A stretch of 64,000 nt of DNA from assembly GCA_951406725.2 (NCBI GenBank), contig OX597826.1:44330001-44394000 (forward strand). The letters are read 5' to 3'. Positions 54,546 to 64,000 of the stretch are shown here, in pieces; the first letter of the stretch is position 1, and each line of letters opens with the position of its first letter. Position numbers and translations under genes: made by a program. A model generated the notes under the pieces. It made no database searches. It was not told where the DNA came from and saw only the letters and a list, made by a program, of their open reading frames with translations. Source of the DNA: Octopus vulgaris (lineage: Eukaryota).

Positions 54546-54547
<2 letters not shown>
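54250..54547 (+). mobile_element. 3' end of an RTE-like LINE with two C2H2-type fingers, ending in (TA)n
   Basis: 54306-54503 translates to PFQCNVCQKTCKSNGGLKRHFTIH...ICNLCRCLFRTLSGLKSYIRCH...*. Upstream stops and a short 3' UTR. Confidence 0.7.
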
Positions 54548-54583
<36 letters not shown>

Positions 54584-57500
54584 GATATATAAATATATGC
54601 ATATATACATACATATATCTACATACCTACATATATATGTTTACATACATGCGTATATGGGTACAGGACATCCAAAAAATCGTTGAACACAACGATAAAC
54701 GAAAACATAAAAACAAAAACATGGAAACGAACTTTTTTTAAACAACGAAAAAACAGAGAAACGAGACATACAACACACGCAATATTCCCCTTCTTGAGTT
54801 GTCCCTGTTTCATCTACTCCGCGTTTCGAAGGTAAGGTCAAGATGCGACAAATATATATGCTGCTTTTTCTTCAGATGTATTTTCTTACAAAAAATGAGC
54901 AACACAGTACACTAGTCACAAACCACTTGTTATACCTTCAGTAATGAAACCATTAGATTTACTGGACGCAAATAGCATTATTTTGTTTAAAATTATAGGA
55001 AATGGGAAACAAAAATGATTTAATTACATAAAGCTTGATAGAGGTTCAGCAATTTCTTTCTTTCTTTTTTGTTTTTGCTAGACAAAAATGCCTTCTGTTT
55101 TGAGACGAATTGCTAACAAAAGTTTCATATCCATGTCTTTTCCAAGTAACAAATGATTTATATTCTCTTCAATCAAGACTTACAAAAGATGTTGCCACTA
55201 AGACTTTCATAAATAATGTATATATCTGATTGATGACTATGATCAAGAAACTTTTAAAAGGTTTAATAATTAATCAGTATAGTTTTTGTTTTTGTTGTTT
55301 AGTCCAGTCAGTTTTTATTATGCATAACTATGATGAAAGGTCTTCCCAACCCAGTTAACATTCAAGTACAGTATATCTCTGACTACCGTATCTTATGTGC
55401 CATAGCGACTATTATTACCCTGTCGAACGACCTGCTACTAGTACTTACCAGCACGTTGGGAAAATGTTTATAAAAAGAACAAAATACCAAAATACGCAGG
55501 CAACAATATTTCCTTTGTCCTTCTTTGTAATAAATCGAACGTTGAAATTAGTACGCTCGATTAAATATTACTTATAAACTGCTTCATTTCAATCCACTAC
55601 ACTGTCTCCTTCTAAAGGTGGGCCTTGCACTTAGAGAAATAAATGTTTTATGAATCTATGTGATGTAAAAATTCACTTCATTGACATCACAAGTACCTTC
55701 GACAAATCCATTTCTACATTTCCTTAACAACTTATGACCTCATTGTTGCCTTAAAAATCGATATGTATAAGTTTTATTCAATAAAATATTTCTTAAATGT
55801 TTATATACTGCATGGCTATTTAGTTGTGCAAACACCTAGTAACGTATCTAAAATGAGAGATGAGAGAAAAGATGGGTAAGGAAAGACTATGAATTGAAGA
55901 GAGGCCAAGCATGATATTAGTTCTCCAGTTAGGTCTTCCCTTGGCTTGCAAATATTTGTGTTTGTTCCTTATCCAGTTACTTAAGGTCGATAAGTTGAGA
56001 TATGTGTATATTTACTCATGAATATATAAGCATTTAACGCCTTCACTTATATGGACCAGGCGTGATATATTTCTCTTTGTCGGTTTTGTCTAAGGAGGTT
56101 AGGAATCGCTCGAGCAAACTCTGGCTGACTTTATTACCTTGTGTACATAAGACAACACAACAAAGTGATGCTATGAAATATATTTGCTGACAACAGACCC
56201 ACCAAATTCTTGACCGGACATCTGACTGTTCAATGAAATTCAATGAATTCCTTTGCAAACAAAAATACAATAACGTCTGAAATAAAAAAAAAATTCACCC
56301 GCTGTTACTAATCTGAGAACAAACAAACCACTGGCACCGGATACGTGAACAGTTTCTAAATATAATTTCGGCAGCTTAAGAAACCGCTTTATTTAACATT
56401 TGCGGTCAGTTGATTTTTCCTGAGGCAATGCCATAAATATCTTTTTCTAATGGAAAGGCAATATAGGATAAGGAAATACTGTCACGCCCTGCAGTCATAA
56501 CATGCTGCCTGCTCCATTCGGTGGTTTAGCAAATATTTCACTTAAAGCATAAGTTATTTCTTTTCCTCTTTTCTTAGAATAAAGATTTTTACAAAAATAA
56601 ATCTCTAAAGTATTTTAATGATCAATAATGAAAAGTGAATTTCGAAATCACCAAATTTTGCTCATATCTATGAAGATGTTTACATTGAATGTATTAGATT
56701 TCTGACAATATCGAAATGCTCTCTCACCACTGAAATCATTCGAGCATTGAGGTATTGTGGTTGATAAATTTGACTTTATTCCTCATTCTGCAGAGAATCG
56801 ACACGCATTCTTGATGCGTGATATAGTTTACTTGGTAATGTTAATGAGATAATAATCTATTCGCTGTACTGTAAATTATTGCTTGTGCAAAGGCTTGATA
56901 TGGAACGAGTTCCTAAGAGATGCAGTACTGCATTGTATTAATCCTGAGAGGTAGTGCGACATAGGAAGCATTATTCTAAGCAGAGGAAAAGAAGAGTTGA
57001 TGAGCAGTTCTTTGTGTAATTCAGTTGCACGGGTGACGCATTAATGTCATGTAATAGAGCACATTTATTACATTTATTACTCTTCTTTTTCTGTCTTAGA
57101 ACAAAAGTATTTTAAACATAAATCTATAAAGTTGGTTTATTCACTAATATTTCATTATAAAATAAAAATTTGATTCCACTATCTGATCGTACGCATCTAG
57201 CTCTGAGCAGGATACTGTTCAGCCATCCATATTCCTTCTGTGCTTTTGTCGCCTCACCTATATTTGCTACGTCTAATAGTTCCAGTATCAAATTCCGCTG
57301 TTTTTATTATGTAAATTTGTGCTAATGGTGGTCGTAAATCAATTACATTTCAAAGACAAGGAAAATAATTTAATTGCAATTGACTTTTCTTGATAAATCA
57401 TCAACAAGCTTCATTCTCATTTCCCTCCTATTCTATAAACCTGCCATCTTGTTCTCATGAAATAAATCAATAATTTACCAACATTATTAAATAATTATGG

Positions 57501-58339
57501 AACAATCTATCATATTATCGCTTATAATAAACCATCTAGCATCTATGTTTTATTTTTACACGTGAAAAATAGATAGACTTGATTTTGACTGGCAAACGTG
57601 GGTAAAAATTCGTAACCCAGTTATTTGGGAAGCATGGCATGAAAATTTTTCATTCAAGCTCAATAAATATTGTATTTTTAAGTTAGTAATTTAAAATAAT
57701 TTTAGTGTGATTTCATCCGTATAGGCAAATATGGATATCCAAATATCTACACAAAAACAATTTTTGCAATGTGTTTACTTTATTTTCTGTCATTTTATAT
57801 TCAATATGTTCAGTAGTTGCAACAGGCGAATAATCTCAGATCGATATTCAAAACTGGTTTCCATTATGTCAGATTGCCACCTTTTGTATTAAACAATTCA
57901 CGTCTGCTGGATGCCATATCCGCACGTTTGAAACAGGCCCCCCCCCCAAAAAATAGTAATAAAAGCAAAAAAACAAAAAGAGAAACGGGGGGAAAAAACT
58001 ACACCTTCCGATTACACATAGTTTGTTCTCGCATGGGTTATTCTTTCTTTGGCCTTGAAATATGGTGGGCTGCGACGATTCTACACCCTCTTCATCTTTC
58101 TGCTTATGACCTTCATAGAAAGAAGTCAAACGCTGTTATAAACACAAGGCCTCACCTTCTTTTAATATATACAGGAGGAGAAATCTAAGCCTGCTAGGGA
58201 ATTTTTCCCTGTGTTTCTGATCCGTTTCAAATACCTTATAATTATGATCTTTAGAAACTGTAACTACGTTTCAATCATTTTAACTTGAACACAACTACGT
58301 TTTCTTTATGTTGATTATATTATTAATGTTTAAGTGTCA

Positions 58340-59025
58340 AAATCAATAGATTGTGGCGCCTCAAAATACATTTCTCCGGCTCTTTACGCTTTGGCTTTAA
58401 ATTCCATGCCTCCACAATTTACTCTCTCATCCACATTCGTATTAAGGCGGCGAGATGGCAGCATCGTTAGCACGCCCGACGAAATTCTTAGAGCTATTCC
58501 GCCCGTCGTTACGTTCTGAGTTCAAATTCCGTCGAGGTTGACTTTACATTTCATCCTTTTGGGGTCGATAAAATAAATACCAGTACAAAACTGGGATCGA
58601 TGTAATCGATTATTCATCCCCTCCCCACCAAACATTGCTGCCCTTGTGGCAAAATTTGAAACCATTATTATTATTGTTATTCTTGTTGTTGTTATTGTTG
58701 TTAATAGCCCTTTCCACAATAGGCACAAGGCCAGCAATTTCGGAGAAGCGGGTAAGTCGATTACATCGACCCCGGTTTCAACCGGTACTTATTACATTAA
58801 CTCCGAAAACATGAAAGGTAAAGTCAGCCTCAGAACGTAAAGACGGATGAAATGTCGGTAAATATTTTGCGTGATGTTCTGAGTTCAAATTCCACTGAGT
58901 TTGACATTGCCTTTCATTCTTTCGAGGTCGATAAATTAAGAACCAATGAAACACTGGGGTCGCTGTAATCAACTAGTCCTCTCCCCCAAAGTTTCAAGCT
59001 TTGTGACTTCAAAAGAAAGAATTAT
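58340..59025. mobile_element. SINE family A cluster on both strands
   Basis: Core and tail motifs. Confidence 0.85.
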
Positions 59026-59774
59026 TATTATTATTATCATCATTATTGAAAGATTCGTTTATATATTTACGTAACAGCATATTAACTATGACCTCTTTAG
59101 GCAATAAAAATATGTTTTGATATATCATATCTCATAAGTAGTAATCTCTCGACTAACAAAATATATAACGCTGTGGTATTTGTACATATAACACCAATAC
59201 ACACGCACATTTGCATATAAATATATATATATATATAGAGAGAGAGAGAGGGAAAGAGAAAGAGAAAGAGAGACAGGGAGAGAGAGAAAGAAAGAAAGAA
59301 GTATTAGACATATAAATTCTTTCTATGTATATACAATTTTTTATTTTATTGAAAGTTGTCCAGTTACAAATATATTAAGATAACATTTGCTTACAAATTT
59401 GCAAGTCTGACGTTTTCATATTTGTGTGTGTGTGTGTGTGTGTTTTCATAAAACATGTTTGTATAGAGTCTTAATTATAAGCGTTCCCCTCGAGAGAAAT
59501 TTCTCAGTTCAATATAAGTAACATTCATTTTCATATACAGCTTGCTTATATTATAATAATTAAGATTTTTTTTTTTCCTACAGGTGTTTTTCATTCTGCT
59601 ATGCCTCTATGCAGAAAACATTGCCTCATCGCATTCTGCAGCATATAATTTCTAAAAGGAAAGAATATATGTGATGATTATCCTGTCACGAGCGAAACAG
59701 GATAAGCCAAATCTCCAGTAATTGAAATTTCCCGTATCTTTTAAATCAATTTGACTATGCAATCCGACATGATA

Positions 59775-59789
59775 TATTATTATTATTAC

Positions 59790-59841
<52 letters not shown>

Positions 59842-59879
59842 ATTATTATTATTATTACTGTCGTCGTCATCCTCATCAC

Positions 59880-59937
<58 letters not shown>
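59775..59937. repeat. (TAT)n microsatellite with CGT/CAT interruption
   Basis: Direct reading. Confidence 0.97.
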
Positions 59938-59939
<2 letters not shown>

Positions 59940-60425
59940 ATGAAAACGTATCCCGCGTAATTGAATATGATGATGTATGGTTAGATTTTGTTTTTGCTTG
60001 GCAACCATTGAGACACATCTATTTTAATCTTCTCTGACATGTCGATGTTATAGATGACCGACAGAGGAGTTTCTTCTCTCATCAAACATATTTGAGACAA
60101 AAAAAAAAAGAAAACAGACAAACAAAACAAAGCAAAACAAAACAAGATTCTATCAAGATGGTTTTTTACTATATTATCTATTATTTTTTTTATGTATAAA
60201 AATATATCATTTGCTTATAATTGAGTGGTTCCCTGTAACTTCTGGAGAAAGAGAATACAGTGTAATGAACTTTCACATGCATAGCGAGAAGGTTGTTGGT
60301 TCTTTTCTATGCTTATATCATTTGTTGTCTGTAATAAATCCTAACATTATTTCAACTATATACGCATATATATTCTTTTACTCTTTTACTTGTTTCGTCA
60401 TTTGACTGCGGCCATGTTAGAGCAC

Positions 60426-60474
<49 letters not shown>

Positions 60475-60571
60475 GCATACATATATATGTATATATGTGT
60501 CTGTCTGCATGCATGTATGTATGGACTATATACACGCATGTGTATATATATGTATGCATACATATGTATAC

Positions 60572-60607
<36 letters not shown>

Positions 60608-60654
60608 GTTTTGGTACATACAACTATCGATAGCAATGCAGCACATAGCCGCCG

Positions 60655-60723
60655 TCATAGTCGTCATCATCGTCGTCATCATCATCATCTCCACCACCAC
60701 CAACACTACCACCATCAGCATCC

Positions 60724-60758
<35 letters not shown>

Positions 60759-60760
60759 GA
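60655..60760. repeat. (CAT)/(CAC)n microsatellite
   Basis: Direct reading. Confidence 0.92.
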
Positions 60761-61524
60761 CATCTTTCATTGAATCGTTATCTCCTACCGAATATTTCGA
60801 TAATGACTATATAAAACTATTTCTGACCTGTAAGAACCCTAGCAAATAGATCAGGACAGATCTGGAGTGCGGTAGCAATGCAGTTGGGATCCGAGGGCTC
60901 ATTTTGTCAGCTTGCTTTCCTCTCTCGATGCGTTCCTACTTTCAGCCTGTTTCCCTAATGGTTACTTCCACGGCAGTGACGTCCAACATTGCATTTTTCG
61001 CTTCATGACGGACGAGAAATCAATATTTGATGCTATGTTTATTGGAAGTACTTTATGTTCCTTCAACATACATAATACTAAATACAAGTAACCAAGAGGT
61101 CAACTACTGGCTTTTGATTTCTCTCTTGAAACTATATACACCCCCAAGAAAAGCATAAATCTGTCAGCATTACTTTTAGGCGCAATAAATTTGACGATGT
61201 ATATCTATTTAATAAATCTCTGTTTCTCACTTACGTTATAGAAGGGATGGAAGTGGAGAGAAAGAAGTGGAGAAAGAGGTAAAATGAAAAACACTTTGTG
61301 AGAAGAAATCTCTACACTGTCGAGACAGAATACTAGTACAGCCAAGCTGGGGTATCTCCTTGGAGTATTTTGTCGAACGAATCAGCCCAAGTACTTACTT
61401 TACTTTAAAAACTTAATCGCTTAATCGCTTGTTATTTTTTGTCGAATCGCAGGGAAGTAAACAAACCAACACCGGTTGTCAGGTGTTGGTCGCGGACCAG
61501 CACGAAACTAAAGACACACCCCTA

Positions 61525-61575
<51 letters not shown>

Positions 61576-61602
61576 CACACACGTATACACACACGCGCGT
61601 AT

Positions 61603-61640
<38 letters not shown>

Positions 61641-61644
61641 TATG

Positions 61645-62030
61645 GGCGCAGGCGTGGCTGTGTGGTAAGTAGCTTGCTTACCAACCACATGGTTCGGGGT
61701 TCAGTCCTACTGCATGGCACCTTCTACTATAGCCTCGGGCTTGTGAGTGGATTAGGTAGACGGAAACTGATAAGAAGCTCATAGTATATATATATATATG
61801 TATGTTTGTGCGTGTATGTTTGTGTGTGTGTGTGTATTTATATATATATATGTGTGTGTGTGTGTTTGTGTTTGACAACCGATGCTAGTGTGTTCACGTT
61901 CCCATAATCTAGAGGTTCGGTAAGCACTAGGCTTACAAAGAATAAGTCTGGGGGTCGATTTGCTCGACTAAAAGCGGTGCTCCAGCATGGCCGCAGTCAA
62001 ATGACTGAAACAAGTAAATGAATAAAAGAA
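61645..62030 (+). mobile_element. SINE family B, with partial minus-strand pieces at ~61340-61530 and ~62095-62242
   Basis: Homology to other copies. Confidence 0.88.
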
Positions 62031-62032
62031 AT

Positions 62033-62088
<56 letters not shown>

Positions 62089-62649
62089 TACTTGGTTGTT
62101 GCTGTTTCCGTCTACCCAACTCCTCTTATAAGGCTTTGGTTCGCCCGAGGCTCTATTAGAAAACACTTGTCCAAAGCACCAGTCATTGGAATTGAACTCA
62201 CAACCATGCAGTCAGGAAACAAGCTTCTTACCGCACAGCCACGATTGAGTCTATTCGTACATTATTCGTTTTTTCAAAATTTTGTTAGAAGTTCATGCTT
62301 TATTTTAATCTGATGGGCATCCGTGAAGTAAATATCATTATTATGGAGAAATACAATTCATAATTTGTATTCTGCTTGTAGAACTTATTGATCCTAGTTC
62401 AAGTGAAAATTTATGAATATCAAAAAATATAGCGAAATGAATGTTTGAACATATTTCGATATTTTCATTGATAATCTATCAGCAGATTGGGTTGGGGTAA
62501 AATAAGTGGGCGTAACGGAACATATTCTGTGAAACACAGTTTTGTTAATGAACACAAAATATATAAAACAGTTATAAAAGTAAAAGAAAAAAAATGATAA
62601 GGAATTAAAGAGAAATATCGCGAATACAAGCGACAGAACAAGGGTCCTG

Positions 62650-62950
62650 GGAAGAATATAGAAAGTAAACTTATTCGGCAAGGTACTTAGCTTGGAGGTC
62701 AGGGACTTCTCCATCTTAAATTACTATTTCTCTGCATTGAGAGGTCACAGCTCCATTATGATTGACATATAGTTAGAATGTGGCAGGAACGAATCATAAG
62801 GCGGTCTCTTCATGCTGAGCCTACGCATAGGAGATCTGCGAGTAGACCTAGAACGAAATGATTTGATAATAACCATAGTCACAGATACTCGCACTTGAGT
62901 ATCCAACCGCAAAGCGTAATGACTGTTTTTTGCTGATTGGACTCTACAGA
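62650..62950 (+). mobile_element. RTE-clade LINE ORF C-terminal fragment
   Basis: 'LLFLCIERSQLHYD*HIVRMWQERIIRRSLHAEPTHRRSASRPRTK*FDN' matches the QLRWxGHxxRM...RxxGRPxxRWxD motif. Confidence 0.75.
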
Positions 62951-63044
62951 GGAGTACAGTTCTATATTTAAGAGAGGAGGAATTATGTACATTATTTACA
63001 TTGTTTACAACTGACAGATATTTGTCCTCGTCTTGTTTGTTGTT

Positions 63045-63084
63045 AATACAACGTTTCGGCTGATATACCCTCCAGCCTTCATCA
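63045..63084 (-). ncRNA. 5'-truncated minimal hammerhead motif in a PLE-like 3' fragment (~62970-63084)
   Basis: Reverse complement: (a)TGATGA-a-ggctg gagggtatat cagcc-GAAAC-GTT-gtatt. C3 and the 5' strand of stem I are lost. Confidence 0.55.
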
Positions 63085-64000
63085 TTATTATTATTCAGGT
63101 CACTGCCTATAATCGAACTGGGAATCTTGGGGTTAGTAGCCTGCGCTCTTAACTATTACGTAATAGTTAAGAGGAGATTCAAGAGAATTGTCTCACCACA
63201 CCACCACCACCACCACTACCACTACCACTACCACCACCATCACCACTACCACCATCACCATCACTTTCCCAGAAATACTGGGTAGAGAAAGTGGATGCGT
63301 GGATAGAAAAGAGAAATTCAGAGTTCGCAATCGAAAGCTAAAGGAAAAACAAGGGTAAGATGATATGTGCAAATCACAAAGTAAATTTATTCAGGGAACG
63401 AAATAGAAAAAAGCCCTCCTAGATTCACCATTCCTGGTAAACTGCTTATTATGCACTGGTTCATAACATAACGGTAGCTACATAAAAGCACCATCAACAT
63501 CTGTCAAACATCACTAGGCCTACACTAAGAAGCGTGTAAAATATGGGAGGTCTTTCTGCTGCACTTGTATAAAGAATCCAATTTCTCGAACTGAGACATC
63601 GGAATTAAAATAACTGGAATTTCTGATGACATGGATTCCATGCATATCCATTTCAAAGACAACGATAGTTGGCGTTATTGTGGCTTAGTGTTTGTAATTA
63701 CTATTTCATTTAAACATACAGTTCCATTTACATTCGTGCTAAATCCTGTTACTTAAATGCATTAAGCTAATACTAATTGATATTACTCTTATCTTCCTTT
63801 TATGCTAATAAGATTAGACTCCAAGTTGGATCCAATTCTGGAGATACAGCAAGAATCACTATTCCCAATCTGCTTGAAATAATTTGAAATAATTTCACGA
63901 AATCTCGAAGTGTAAACATTGAATGGTTTGTGGAAAATTAATTCTATCTTTGAATATTTGCCAATAATTGTATACGAGTTTTTGACTTCAAATTGTGGCC

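Noticed and set aside
54650-54850. Possible type II HHR on the minus strand (ccttcGAAAC...GTA...CTCAAGAagggg)
   Set aside because: The core is mutated and stem I is not formed. It is probably a PLE-like fragment but cannot be supported as a ribozyme.
56139-56276. Minus-strand candidate exon (tttcag acceptor, AAG|gtaata donor, one open frame)
   Set aside because: No recognisable homology or partner exons, and such sites are common by chance in AT-rich DNA.
63290-63540. Possible Neptune-type GIY-YIG remnant
   Set aside because: Too degenerate, with no clear GIY or YIG motif.
63615-63655. CTGATGA followed by a perfect catgg/ccatg stem
   Set aside because: The GAAA box is absent.

Overview
AT-rich, repeat-saturated eukaryotic DNA. 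The SINE families and (TA)n/(CA)n/(GATA)n/(TAA)n microsatellites resemble coleoid cephalopod, probably Octopus, repeats (inference from recalled sequences, no search run). I find no confidently intact host gene, and almost all ORFs in the track are microsatellite or SINE artefacts. Recognisable parts are a Naiad-like Penelope (PLE) GIY-YIG remnant, a Helitron Rep N-terminal fragment, a DD37D (maT-type) Tc1/mariner pseudogene, a mariner MITE carrying a nested solo LTR, fragments of R4/Dong, RTE and L1/Tx1-like LINEs, and many tRNA-derived SINEs. The most striking signal is nine type I hammerhead ribozyme (HHR) motifs from about eight unrelated families, most with palindromic stem III. One has a fully intact core inside a non-coding 534-nt retrozyme-like unit with a 142-bp terminal redundancy that starts just after the cleavage site (46329-47004). 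Another lies in an internally deleted mini-Naiad (23600-24110), and a pair sits in a 250-bp inverted-repeat element (2094-3550). Weak traces of a decayed EGF-repeat/PTP-like gene on the + strand are noted with low confidence.
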